A DNA stretch of 64,000 bases. Source: an uncultured Planctomycetota bacterium. Its GTDB lineage: Bacteria > Planctomycetota > Planctomycetia > Gemmatales > Gemmataceae. The stretch's first letter is position 1, and each line of letters starts with the position of its first letter. Made by a program: the position numbers and the translations under genes. Of the stretch, positions 32,477 through 43,208 are shown one piece after another. The stretch covers positions 736,001 to 800,000 of the forward strand of contig CAWKHF010000002.1 in assembly GCA_963849325.1 (NCBI GenBank), written 5' to 3'. Below the pieces are notes generated by a model. It was given only the letters and a program-made list of their open reading frames with translations, made no database searches and was not told where the DNA came from.

Positions 32477-34364
32477 GTGGTCGGCGCACGCATCCGCTTG
32501 GCTTCGCTGTGGCTATCGCAGGTGGCCCGCGTCCTGGCCGATTGGTGTTTGCGCGTGACGGCCCTGTTGACGTGGTCCGACGCGGCCCGGCCGGCCGGCG
32601 ATGCCTGGCACGTGGCGACGGCTGTCTTCATCGCTCCGTTTCCTCCTGCTGGCTCCGATCAACGGCTGCGTCAACAACGGCTTGCCGCGCCGCTGGGTGT
32701 TGACCGGCTCGGCGGCGTTCGCACTGCTGGTGGTGGCACTGTTCGCGGCGGGGTCGTGGCCGTGGATGGTGTGCCTGGGTGTGGTGGCGCTGGGGTCGGC
32801 CGTCTACAGTCCGGCGCGATACGCCATGCTGCCGGCCGTGGCCGAGGACGCGCGCATCCCTCTGCCGCGCGTCAACGGCTGGATCGAGATGGGCGGCGCC
32901 TCGGCCATCATCGGCGGCGTCGCCCTCGGATGGGCCGCCGCACCGAACACAATGGGGCCGCTTGCCGGCCATGTCGTACCCGTGCTGCTCGGCCTCAACC
33001 TGCTCAGTTTCGTCACCGCGCTGCCCGCGTCGTTCCCGTCGGATGTGCGGCGGCCGGAGTCGCCGGCGCGGGCCGTCGCCGGTTTCTTCCGCGATACCCT
33101 CCGCATCGGCCGGGAGCCGGCCGCTCGCGGCAGCCTGCTCGGTCTGGCTTGTTTCCAGGCCATCGTCACGGCGGGTTCCGGCGCGATCGTCGAGCACACG
33201 CTGGGCCGAGAGCTGCATGCGGGCCTGTTGCAAGCGCTGGTGCTGATGGGGATGGGAGCGGCGCTGGGCTGCCTGACGGCCAGTTGGCAGGGGCATCCGC
33301 GCCGCAGTCTCGGCCTGGTCCCGCTCGGCGCCACGGGTCTGCTTTTGGCCCTGGGCTGGGCGACGCGAGCGGTGTCCGCCGAGGCGGCACTGCCGCTGCT
33401 TCCTTGCTTCGTGCTGGGCTTCATGGGCGGACTGGTCAACGTGCCGCTCCGCGCCGCCTATCAGGCGGCGGTGCCAGCCGACGCGCGCGGCAACGGCATG
33501 GCCGTTATGAACTCCGTTATCTACCTTTTGACGACGGCCCTGGCCCTGCTCCTGGTCGTCCTCGTTCGTGGTGAGCTGCTGCGCACTCCTGTCGCACAGT
33601 TAGCGTTCCTGGTCGCGCTGGCCGCGGGTGGGGCTGCCGTCGCCTGGAGACGATTGTTTCCGCAGACGGTCGAGCAACTGGTGGAAATTCTGCTCACGCC
33701 GATGTACCGGGTACGGACGCACGGACCGGGCCGCGACCTCATCCCGCGTCGCGGACCTCTGTTGATCGTCGCCAATCACGCCGCCTATCTCGATCCGATG
33801 TGGCTGTGCAAAATGATCCCGCGACAGGTCAAGCCGATGATGACCAGCGTGTTCTACGATTTGCCCTTCATCCACTGGTCGATGGTCCACATCATCGGCG
33901 CCATCCGCGTGCCGGCCGTCGGTTTTCGCCGCGAAGCGCCCGAGCTGCGCGAGGCGGTCTCCGTGCTGCGTCGGGGCGGCTGCATCCTCATCTTCCCCGA
34001 GGCCCAGCTGCGCCGCCGCGAAGACCAGCCGCTGCGCCTGTTCGGCCAGGGCGTCTGGCGCATTCTGCACGAGCTGCCGGATACGCCGGTACTGGTCTGC
34101 TGGATCGAGGGCGGCTGGGGCAGTTTCACGTCCTATTTCAACGGCCCGCCGATGCACGGCAAGCGCCTCGACTGGCGGCGGCGCATCGACATCGCCGTGG
34201 ACAGGCCGCACACGCTCGACCCGGCGATCCTGACCGATCAGCAGGCGACGCGACAGTACCTCATGCGTGCCTGTCTGGAGTGCCGTCGTTACCTCGGGCT
34301 GCCGGTGCTCACTGTCCGCGAGGACAAAACCGCCGATAAAGAGTTTGCGGATCGTGAATCGTAA
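32477..34364 (+). CDS. MFS (LplT-like) + PlsC-type acyltransferase fusion (frameshift near 32640)
   Basis: YSPARYAMLP, RVNGWIE, RSLGLVPLG, VNVPLRA; NHAAYLD (HX4D) and IFPEA acyltransferase motifs. Confidence 0.85.
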
Positions 34365-34374
34365 ATGGTAGTTC

Positions 34375-35860
34375 TCACGATTCGGACACGACGGGCTTGG
34401 TGGCGTCGAAGCGCAGCCACAGGAGCATGGCGAGGACGTAAACGCCGCCGAAGACAAGGAAGTTGACCGTCCAGCCGTGCGGCTCGAAGCGATCGAGCAC
34501 CCAGCCGGTCGTGATGCCGGCGGCGGCCCCGCCCAGGTTGCCGATCGTGTTCATGCAGCCGGAAACGATGCCGGAGTAGTGCCGGCCGATGTCGATACAG
34601 CTGGCCCATGCCGCCCCCATCGTCAGGTCGTTCCAGAACGCGGCCAGGGCGATCGCCAGTACGAACATCCACGGCGACGAGGCGTACAGGCTCAGGAAAT
34701 AGCAAATGGCGCAGACGCCGTGCCCCAGCGCCGAACAGCCGCCGACCCCACTTGCGGTTGCCGGTGCGGCGGATGAACGCATCGGTCATCAGGCCGCCGA
34801 ACAAACAAGCCAGCGAACCCAGCAGCAGCGGCGCCCCGCTCAGCAGGCTCATCGTCCAGAAACCGTGCGTCTCTTGCGTGACGCCGTACTTCGTGCCCAG
34901 ATACTTCGGCAGCCAGGTGATGTTGAAATACCAGCCATAGGAGGCGCAGAAATACATCAGGCACAGCGACCACAGGTTGCCGCTGGTCAGCAGCCGGCCC
35001 CACGGCACGTTGGCGTGCGATTCCCCTTCCTGGGCCAGCAATTCCTCCTCGGCGGTGAACGGATCGAGTTCCCCCTGGAGAGGAGGTTCGGTGAGGATGC
35101 CGGTTTTGGCGGCTTCGGGGATAATGCCGGTGGACTTGGCAACGGAGCCGGCAGGCGCGCTCTCCCCGCGGATGAGGGCCAACTCCGCCGCGTTGACGCC
35201 GGGGTGCTGGTCCGGACGATCGCGGAACCACCACCAAAATACCACGCACCAGACCAGACCCAGGGCACCGAAGATCCAGAACGAATGCCGCCAGTGGACG
35301 ACCGACTCGCCCTGCGGCGTGACCGTGTGGATCATGAGGGCCAGCACGGCGAAGGACGACATGCCGCCGGCGAAACGTCCCGCCATCCACACCGTACCCT
35401 GGGCGAAGCCGCGCTCCTCGAAGGGAAACCAGCTGTGGAAGGAGCGCGCGATGTTCGGATAGGCGCCGGCCTCGCCCATGCCGAACAGGAAGCGGACAAG
35501 GAACATGGCCGCGAAGGCGAACCACGGCCAGCCCGGATACGGCGAGATGGTGCCGGTCAGGGCGGTGAACAGCGACCACCACAGGACGATGCGGATGAGC
35601 GTGCGGCGCGGGCCGAAGACGTCGCCCATCCAGCCGCTGGGCACCTCGAACAGCGCATACGCGAAGGCGAAAGCGGTGAATAGCCAGCCCACTTGCTGCT
35701 TGCTCAGGGCGAATTCCCGCTCGATGTGCGGCGCCACCGTGGCGAAGCACACACGATCCAGGTAAGTGATCATCGACAGGGCGCAAGCGAAACCCAGAAC
35801 GCCGTAACGCACTCGAGTCGGTCGTTGCAGCGCGGAGAGAGAGGATACGTCGCGATTCAT
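34375..35860 (-). CDS. MFS transporter, ACS family (frameshift near 34730)
   Basis: ITYLDRVC, EVPSGWMGDVFGPRR, RFLFGMGEAGAYP, WFPFEERG, SGCMNTIGNLGG. Confidence 0.9.
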
Positions 35861-35974
35861 GCCTCTGGCCGGTCAGGAACACGGGCGGTGGGTTGGAGCC
35901 TACGAATCACTGTACAGGCACGGCCGGCGAAGGGAAAGCGAAAAGAGAACGACGAACGGATTGGCGGGGAGAAA

Positions 35975-36394
35975 TCAGGGGGCGGGAGGAACTGGCGTCT
36001 GGAGGCGGACGCGCGGCGGAGGCACGTCGGGCAGGATGCGGAAATACTGATCGAGCGAGCCGGAAGGCAGGGCGCCCTGGTAAAGGACGCAGTTGGGAGA
36101 TTTGGCGTCGTAGATGGTGAGGACCTTGTTGCCGGACAGCACGATGCCGGGCGTCGTCGCCTCGCCGGGCCGAAGAAGGTACGGTCGATGGCGGTGGTAG
36201 ACGCCGTGACAAACGCCTGCGACCTGAACGACAAGGGGAGTGTTGCAGACATTGCGGAAGACGAGTGTCTCGGCGGAGACCGGCGCAGCCGGCCAACCGG
36301 CGAACAGTGCGAGCAGCAGGCCCGAGAACCAGCGGGCCGTGAAGCTCTCCCATATTCCGTCGCCGACGCGGACCATCCCATCGACCTCCGGCAT
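35975..36394 (-). CDS. Hypothetical secreted protein
   Basis: Signal-like LLLALFAGWPAAPVSA^E then beta-rich segment; start uncertain. Confidence 0.55.
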   Translation of the reverse strand: MPEVDGMVRVGDGIWESFTARWFSGLLLALFAGWPAAPVSAETLVFRNVCNTPLVVQVAGVCHGVYHRHRPYLLRPGEATTPGIVLSGNKVLTIYDAKSPNCVLYQGALPSGSLDQYFRILPDVPPPRVRLQTPVPPAP

Positions 36395-36442
36395 CGCTCC
36401 ACGATCTCAGGGAGAATGCCGGGGTCGAGCAAACTTGCGCCA

Positions 36443-36499
36443 TCCGAGCCTGAAGCGTTAGCGAAGAGTGCCATTCTTCGCTAACGCTTCAGGCTCGGA
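36443..36499. repeat. Palindromic repeat, family B
   Basis: TCCGAGCCTGAAGCGTTAGCGAAGA...TCTTCGCTAACGCTTCAGGCTCGGA. Confidence 0.9.
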
Positions 36500-36526
36500 C
36501 AAATACAAACAAACGGCCCAACGGAG

Positions 36527-37340
36527 TTACGCGACTTCCTTGCATTCCCCCTTTTGCTGGCGCCGCTGCGACTCGAAGGCGCGGGCCTCCTCGACGGCAA
36601 GAACAATCGCTGAGCCGTTCCAGGTCGCCAGGTCCGACTCGTAGCCGGCCTTGACGCCGGCCTGCACGATGTACTTGACTAGCTCGCCCGGCTGGCAAAC
36701 GCCCTGCTGAGCGAGACGGGCGTCGTAGTCGGAAACGCGGCGCTGCAACTCGACGCCGTTGGCCGGCATGGCCGGGCCGCCCTTGGTCGGGGCCGGCTTC
36801 CCGGCGCCGTTCGTCGCCTCGATAGCGATTCGAGACAACTTCTTCGGACGCGGCAAAGCGGACGGCGGCAAGGTCGGCGCCCGGGCAAACTGCCGCTTGT
36901 GCGGATCGTAATCGACCCACTGCGATGGCAAGCGATACAGGTAACGGCCGACGCCGAACTTGACAGCGGCGCGCTTCGAGCGCGTCGGAGAAAGCGGCCT
37001 TGCGGCGGTCGCCCTCGTCGGGTTGTTCGCTCGGACCGCCCACGTCCATTTTCGTGATCCACTCGTCGCCCAGCCGCAAACGCAGCCGGCAGACCACCGA
37101 ACCATCCGGCAGACACTCGTATTCGTCCTGCCAGCCCGTGACGCCGAGCACGTCGTCGAGACGATCCTGAATGACGCGGGCGTCCACGTAGGCCAGCGCC
37201 AGGGCGCGATTGCCGCTGACGACCGCCGGCTTGAAGCGCACTTCGCGCGCATCGAACGGAGCGGCCAAGGCTCCCGTCAACTCTTCCACGCCCGGCGCCG
37301 CGAGGGTCGGCGTCGAATCCGCGTGATCTTTCGGATGCAT
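36527..37340 (-). CDS. Rad52/Rad22-family single-strand annealing protein (DdrA-like; frameshift near 36977)
   Basis: LAAPF, ALAYVDARVIQDRLDDVLG, KAAFSDALKRAAVKFGVGRYLY. Confidence 0.88.
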
Positions 37341-37462
37341 GATCGATTCTCCTTACTCATTCGGAAATTCGGGACTACGCCGGGCCTCCGAGCCGCGAGC
37401 GTCCGCAAGCGGGAGCAGTCCGCTCGCTGATGTTCACGGTTCGGCGTTTCCCGTTTTTATAG

Positions 37463-37476
37463 TGTACGCATGTACA
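37463..37476. promoter_or_regulatory. Palindromic operator TGTAC-N4-GTACA (candidate SOS/LexA-type box)
   Basis: TGTAC-GCAT-GTACA in an AT-rich patch, overlapping a minus-strand TACACT -10-like hexamer ~120 nt upstream of the Rad52-family gene. Confidence 0.6.
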
Positions 37477-37537
37477 AATAAAAAGGCCAGCACGGCAGGA
37501 GAAAAAAGTCGCGGCACCTACTCGTGAAGGGCATGGA

Positions 37538-38455
37538 TCACTTGATGAAATTCAGCAGACTCAGGTTGAGGACTTGCGAAGCGGAGTAGAGCGTCGCTTG
37601 AAAGAGGTTCTGTTCCGCTTGCAGGCCGACGACGACCTGGGTGATGTCCGCGTTCTGGACGTTGTTGATTTGTTGCTGCGTCTGGAGCTGTACATTCTGG
37701 ATCTGCTGCGTGACGGCTTGCAGGTTCTGCAAGCTGGCGGACTGCTGTCCGACGGTGGTCAGAATGCTGTCGTTGGCGTTGTCCAGCTGTGGCAAGAGCT
37801 GGTTGACGGCGGCCGCCTGCTGGCTGGCGTTCAGACCGGAGGTGTTGTTGAGAGCGTCGCGCAGGGAAGCGAGGGTCTGGAACACGTCGGCGCCGGGCGC
37901 CTGGAACACCTGGCTGCCGGCGTAAAGCGTCCGCACCTGTTGCCCCTGGCCAATCGGCTCGGAGACCGACTGCGTCGAGCCGTTGTAGACGACCTGTCCC
38001 CCGGCGTTGACCGTGAAGGGGGTTGTCTGCGACGAGGCGCCGCCATACAGGTATTGGCCGCTCTGCTGCGTGTTGGCCAGGGCGAGCACCTCGTTGAAGA
38101 TGGAGTCGGCCTGGGACCCCAGCGCCTGCATCGCTTCGGGCGTCTCGGTGTTGTTGCTGCCTTGCAGGGCCAGCTGCTTGGCCTGGGCGAGCAGGTTGGA
38201 CACCTGCGTCAGCGTGGATACGCTGTCGTTCAGCTTGGCCTGGGCATCGGAGACGTTCTGCTGATAGACGCCCAGCCGGTTGTACTGGGCCTGGTTGGAC
38301 ATCACTTGCAGAGCGCCGGCCGGGTCGTCGGACGGCTGAAGAATGCGCTTGCCGGACGAGGCTTGCTGCTGCAAGACGGCCAGCTGGCTGTACTCCTGCT
38401 GGGCGTTGGCGACGGCGTTGGAGACGATCACCTGGGGAGTTATGCGCATTTCCAT
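37538..38455 (-). CDS. flgL: Flagellar hook-associated protein 3
   Basis: SSGKRILQPSDDP, LANTQQSGQYLYGG, LSLLNFIK; follows flgK. Confidence 0.92.
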   Translation of the reverse strand: MEMRITPQVIVSNAVANAQQEYSQLAVLQQQASSGKRILQPSDDPAGALQVMSNQAQYNRLGVYQQNVSDAQAKLNDSVSTLTQVSNLLAQAKQLALQGSNNTETPEAMQALGSQADSIFNEVLALANTQQSGQYLYGGASSQTTPFTVNAGGQVVYNGSTQSVSEPIGQGQQVRTLYAGSQVFQAPGADVFQTLASLRDALNNTSGLNASQQAAAVNQLLPQLDNANDSILTTVGQQSASLQNLQAVTQQIQNVQLQTQQQINNVQNADITQVVVGLQAEQNLFQATLYSASQVLNLSLLNFIK

Positions 38456-38457
38456 GT

Positions 38458-40443
38458 TTATCCGATGCTCGACTGGAGAACCTGAAGCAAGTAAGCGAGC
38501 GTCGAGTTCACCGAGGCGATGTACTCGGAGGCCATCTGGAACGACTGCTGGAAATTCATGAGATTAACCAGCTCGGTATTGGGATCGACGCCCGAAATGC
38601 TCTGCTGCTGGGTCTGGAGCTGCTGTCCCAGCGCCTGCTGGCTGGTCTGCTGATCGGTCAACTGTTGCACCTGCGTCGCCACGGCGCCGACGGTGGCGTC
38701 GAATGCCTGGGTGAAGGTCTGCGTACCGTTGCCGAGCAGGGGCTGGTCGTGCAGGGCGGACAGTCGGCTGAGGTTGCTGTTGTCGCCGCTGTCGCCGCTG
38801 CGCGAGGCGGCCAACAAGCTCGGATTGTTCACGAGGGCCGGCTGGACGGCGATGTCGGCCGCCGTGCTGCCGCTGAAAAAGGTGCCCAGGCCCAGCGCCG
38901 TCAGGAGGCCGGAGGTGTCCGGCTGGGCCACGACCGGCGTGGAGAAGGTATCGCCGTTGTTGGCCGTTCCCGAAGCCAGCTGCACCGTGACGCCGTTGGC
39001 CACGGTCAACGCCGTGCCGGGCGTATAGCCCTGGCCGATGTTCAGCTTGGCGACGGCCGTGCCGCTGGAATCGGTGACCTGCAAGGCGAGGTTGGGCGTG
39101 ACGCCGACCGTGCCGCTGCCGACGACCTGGAAGCTGTAGGTGTCGTTGCTGGTGCCGGTGTACTGGCCGCCGACCTGCGGCGCCGCGGTGCCGGTGAAGC
39201 TGCTCGTGTCCAGCGTGGTCGGCAGTCGGCCGGCGAAGTCGAAGGTGTAGCCGGGCTTGGCCAACACTTGCAGCGTGCCGGTCTGCGGGTTGGTCACGGC
39301 CTGCAAGTTGGGCACGGCACTCAGGGCGGAAGCCACGTCGTTGAGACTCTGCGTGGACGGATCGATGTGTACCGCGTTGAGCGTGCGAGCGCCGGTGGAC
39401 AGGTTGGTGACGCTGACGTACAGGGTGCCGGCCTGCGGCGGAAAGTCGAGTCCAGCCTGGTCCAGCGGCGCCTTGACGCTGCTGGCCCCGCGCGTGCCCG
39501 CCAGCAACGTGGACGGGCCGGACAGGCCTAGCCCGGTCGCTTGCACGTTGTCCACCTGCTGAATGATGGTGCCGGCCAGTGTGTTGAGCTGCGTCTGCAC
39601 GTCCGCTAACGACTGGTTCCGCGCCGTCAGGAGACCGCCGATTTGACCGCCCGCGACTGCCAGCGGCGTGGACGAGCCGGACAGCGTCACCTGCGCCTGT
39701 CCGGAGGCATCCAGCGAGAATTGCAGGGCACTGCTCTGGTTGGCTACCACCAGCGGCACGCCGCCGGCCAACACGTTGACCTCGTTGAACGAGGCCGGGA
39801 CCACCTGCACATTGAGGGACTGGGCCAGCTGGTTGATGAGCTGGTCGCGCTGGTCGAGTTGATCGTTGGGCGTGGACCCGGTGACGGTGGCGATCTGAAT
39901 CTGGCCGTTGAGCTGGGCGATCTGCTGGGCCAGCGAGTTGACGTTCGTCACGGTGTCGCTCAGCTGCGTGTCTACACCGGCCTGAATCTGGCTGAGGCCG
40001 CTGTTGAGGGAATGGAAGGTGTTGGTGAGGTTCTGGGCGTCGCCGAGGACGACGGCGCGCTGCGTGGTGTCGGCCGGTTGGGTGGCGAGCTGTTCGATAT
40101 CGTTAAAAAACGTCTCCATGTCGTCGCCCAGCGTGCCGGACGACGGACTGAGGTTGGACTGTACCTGCTGCATGGTGTCCAGCTGGGCCGTCGTATCGGC
40201 CAGCGTGAACGTCTGGTTGGTGATGGCCGTTTCCAGCGGGTTGTCGAGGAGCCGACGCGTGTCGGCGACCTGGACGCCGCTGCCCAGGGAGAGATTGCCA
40301 ATCTGCGTGGGCAGCGCTTCGGTCAGGTCCGCGACTTGCCGGTGATAGCCGGGCGTGTTGGCGTTGGACAGGTTCTCGCCGACGATCGCCAGGGCGGTCT
40401 GGGCGGCATTCAGAGCGGAGACGCCGGGGCTGTAGAGGGACAT
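38458..40443 (-). CDS. flgK: Flagellar hook-associated protein 1
   Basis: NLSNANTPGYHRQ, NDQLDQRDQL, SGVDPNTELVNLMNFQQSF. Confidence 0.93.
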   Translation of the reverse strand: MSLYSPGVSALNAAQTALAIVGENLSNANTPGYHRQVADLTEALPTQIGNLSLGSGVQVADTRRLLDNPLETAITNQTFTLADTTAQLDTMQQVQSNLSPSSGTLGDDMETFFNDIEQLATQPADTTQRAVVLGDAQNLTNTFHSLNSGLSQIQAGVDTQLSDTVTNVNSLAQQIAQLNGQIQIATVTGSTPNDQLDQRDQLINQLAQSLNVQVVPASFNEVNVLAGGVPLVVANQSSALQFSLDASGQAQVTLSGSSTPLAVAGGQIGGLLTARNQSLADVQTQLNTLAGTIIQQVDNVQATGLGLSGPSTLLAGTRGASSVKAPLDQAGLDFPPQAGTLYVSVTNLSTGARTLNAVHIDPSTQSLNDVASALSAVPNLQAVTNPQTGTLQVLAKPGYTFDFAGRLPTTLDTSSFTGTAAPQVGGQYTGTSNDTYSFQVVGSGTVGVTPNLALQVTDSSGTAVAKLNIGQGYTPGTALTVANGVTVQLASGTANNGDTFSTPVVAQPDTSGLLTALGLGTFFSGSTAADIAVQPALVNNPSLLAASRSGDSGDNSNLSRLSALHDQPLLGNGTQTFTQAFDATVGAVATQVQQLTDQQTSQQALGQQLQTQQQSISGVDPNTELVNLMNFQQSFQMASEYIASVNSTLAYLLQVLQSSIG

Positions 40444-40447
40444 GCGG

Positions 40448-40978
40448 TTACACCCGAGCTTCGAGGAAGGAGCCGCACGACGCCTCCCGGCGTTCTCCGC
40501 GCGGTCCGTAGGCGGCGCCGACGTCCGAGCCGGTCAGACCGGCGAACAGGCTGCCGAGGAACGCGCGAGCGTAGCCGAGAAGGGCGGCATTGTGGTGGGT
40601 GAGCCGGTCGGCCTCGCCGACCAACTCGACAAGACAGGCATGACGCTGGAGCAGTCGGCCGCGCGCCGGTTCCTCCAGCGACAGGGCGGCGCCGCGCAGT
40701 GTCACCTCGCCGGCCGGGACGCCGAGGAGGGAGGACAGCGAGGCGCGCAGCCGCTCGCGGACCAGGGCCATTTCCTGGCTGGTCCGGGCGAGTTGCTCCT
40801 GACGATCGCGCAGCGCGGCCAGGCTGCCGAGGTTGCGCTGGACGAAGGCGGCACGAACCTGGCGCAGCGACCGCAGCACGTCGGCGAGCAACGCCTCTTC
40901 GTGCGCCAGGTGTGCTTCGCACAGGGCGAGGACGTCGGCGTCAGCCTGGCGACGAGACGCTGGGTGGGGACGGCGCAT
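40448..40978 (-). CDS. flgN: FlgN-like flagellar export chaperone
   Basis: Helical protein immediately upstream of flgK; NAALL...YGPRG tail. Confidence 0.7.
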   Translation of the reverse strand: MRRPHPASRRQADADVLALCEAHLAHEEALLADVLRSLRQVRAAFVQRNLGSLAALRDRQEQLARTSQEMALVRERLRASLSSLLGVPAGEVTLRGAALSLEEPARGRLLQRHACLVELVGEADRLTHHNAALLGYARAFLGSLFAGLTGSDVGAAYGPRGERREASCGSFLEARV

Positions 40979-41282
40979 GCGGGGTCGTCGGCTCCAGTTG
41001 CTTCATCAGGGCCTGGGCGATGCCCATGCCTTTGCCCTGGGTGAGATGCTGGGCCATGAACTGATCGAACAGGCCGCCGTAAACATCGCCGCCATCGCTG
41101 CCGAACAGCGAACCGGGTTCGAGCGTCTGTCTCATCTCCTTGAGGAGCATGGTCAGGAAAACGCTCTCGAACCCCTTGGCGGCGTCGGTCAGGGAGGGTT
41201 TGTGCCGTCCATCGCTCATGGACCCCGCCATCCCGAGCGGGGCGCTTAATTGTGAAACAGACGACAGCGCCGGTCCAATCAT
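40941..41282 (-). CDS. flgJ: Short FlgJ-like rod-binding protein (no muramidase domain)
   Basis: AAKGFESVFLTMLLKEMR...LFDQFMAQHL..GMGIA. Confidence 0.82.
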   Translation of the reverse strand: MIGPALSSVSQLSAPLGMAGSMSDGRHKPSLTDAAKGFESVFLTMLLKEMRQTLEPGSLFGSDGGDVYGGLFDQFMAQHLTQGKGMGIAQALMKQLEPTTPHAPSPPSVSSPG

Positions 41283-41371
41283 TTGCCCGTCCTCCCGTGA
41301 AGGGGTTGCCGCTTTTTCCGTCAGTCCCCGAAAAGTTTTCCGAGCCTGCCGCCCTCGAACCGGCAGGACTA

Positions 41372-42486
41372 TTAAATAATGACCAGTTCCGCTTGCAGGG
41401 CGCCGGCCTGCTTGATCGCCTGGAAGATGGAGATCAGGTCGCGCGGCGATACGCCCAGGGCGTTGAGCGCCCGCGCCAGGTCGGCGACCGTGACCGTTTG
41501 CGGGGCGATGTACATGGAGGCGGCCTGCTCGGTGACGCCGATGTTGGTGCGCGGCACGACGACGGTTCGTCCCTGGCTGAAGGCGTTGGGCTGCGACACC
41601 TGCGGCGTCTCGCGCGTGACAATGGCGAGGTTGCCGTGGGCGATGGCGACCGTGGCGATCTTGACGTTTTCGCCGGCCACGACGGTGCCGGTGCGTTCGT
41701 TGATGACGACGCGCGCCGGCGAATCGGGGAGCACTTCCAGGTTGCCCAGGTCGCTGAGGAAGGCGACGGCATGAGCGCGGAACTCGTGCGGCACGTCCAC
41801 CTCGACGGTGCCGGCGTCCAGCGGCAGAGCGCGGCCCGGCGCCCACTCGTTGATGCCGGTGGCGATCGAACGCGCCGTCGCGTAGTCGGGGTTTTTCAAG
41901 AGCAGATGGATGCGGCCCTTGAACATCACCTCGCCGCGCGCCTCGTGTTCGACCAGTCCTCCGCCGGGGATGCGAGCGACGGCGACGAAGTTCTTCTGCG
42001 CGCTGGCGGCGGCGCCGCCGAAGGTGAAGCCGCCGACCGACAGCGGTCCCTGGCCCACCGCGTAGACGACGCCGTCGGCGCCCTTGAGCGGCGTGAACAA
42101 CAGGGTGCCGCCTTGCAGACTGCTGGCGTCGTCGATCACCGACACGGTCACATCCAGCCGGCTGCCGATGCGCGAGAACGGCCCGATCTCGGCCGTCACC
42201 ATCACCGCCGAGATGCTGCGCGAGCGGAACACGTTGTCCGTCTGCACCTGCTGCACGATCTTCGAGTTGACGCACAGGTGTTTCATCATGTCCACGCCGA
42301 CCTGCTGCGTGAACAGGCTCGTGCCGCCGGTGCCGCCCAGGCCGATGACCAGGCCGAAGCCGTACAGCTGGTTGGCTCGCGCCCCTTCGAGGTCGGTTAT
42401 GTCCTTGATGCGCGCTCCGGCGCGAGCCGGGGCGGCGTGGCGAGGATGCCGAGGACGCAGGCCAGCGCGATCGTCAGGCGTGTCAT
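41372..42486 (-). CDS. flgI: Flagellar P-ring protein (frameshift in signal peptide)
   Basis: RIKDI, NQLYGFGLVIGLGGTG, SLQGGTLLFTPL, ARVVINERTGTVV, GALQAEL. Confidence 0.95.
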
Positions 42487-42508
42487 GGGCAGACCCCGTT
42501 ATCGCTTC

Positions 42509-42564
42509 CCGTTTCGCCGCGACGTGAGCGCAGAGCGCTGTCGCTGCAAGTCGCGGCGAAACGG
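42509..42564. repeat. Degenerate family A repeat inside the flagellar operon
   Basis: CCGTTTCGCCGCGAC ... GTCGCGGCGAAACGG. Confidence 0.75.
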
Positions 42565-42570
42565 AAGATA

Positions 42571-43197
42571 TCAGTACGGCCAGATGCGGTTGAGCGCGCG
42601 GCTGAGCCAATTTTGATTGCTGAAGTTCGTTTCCACGCCGCGGCCGAGGTACTGGATCTGGAAGTTCCCCACGAACGTCGAGGGAATGGTGTTGTCGAAA
42701 GCGATGTCGAGCGGGCGGATAACGCCGCTCATGCGCAGCGTGCGCACCTCGCGGGTGACGACGCGCTGGCGGAAGCCCTCGATCATGAGGTTGCCGTTGG
42801 GCTGCACGGCGACGACAGTACAGGTCACGGTGTCGGCGAAGGTCTGGTTGATGTTGTAGGCCGAGCTGCCCGTGAAGCCGCGGTTGAGGTTGGTATCGAC
42901 GCTAAGGTCCGAGTTGGCCGTGCGCGCCGCTCCCTGGCTGGTGCCGGTGATGTCGCCCTTGAGAGTGAGTCCGCCGCCGCCCGAGACGGTCTTGTTCAGG
43001 TTGCGCTGGTCCTTGTGCTCGATGCCGGTGTTTTCGACGATAACCACCGTCACGATGTCGCCGGGCCGGCGGGCGCGGGTATCCACGAACAGGAACGAGC
43101 TGAAGAAGTTGTGCCGCTGCCAGATCGAGTCGGCGCGACTGGCCGCCGGGGTCAACAGGCAGCCGGTCAGGCCCAGCCACAGGGTCAGACGGTTCAT
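42571..43197 (-). CDS. flgH: Flagellar L-ring protein
   Basis: DTRARRPGDIVTVVIVE, VQPNGNLMIEG, SGVIRPLDI, NTIPS, WPY. Confidence 0.9.
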   Translation of the reverse strand: MNRLTLWLGLTGCLLTPAASRADSIWQRHNFFSSFLFVDTRARRPGDIVTVVIVENTGIEHKDQRNLNKTVSGGGGLTLKGDITGTSQGAARTANSDLSVDTNLNRGFTGSSAYNINQTFADTVTCTVVAVQPNGNLMIEGFRQRVVTREVRTLRMSGVIRPLDIAFDNTIPSTFVGNFQIQYLGRGVETNFSNQNWLSRALNRIWPY

Positions 43198-43208
43198 CGC
43201 GGTCCCTC

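Noticed and set aside
36527-37340. Prophage, suggested by the Rad52-family gene
   Set aside because: No integrase, structural or replication phage genes nearby.
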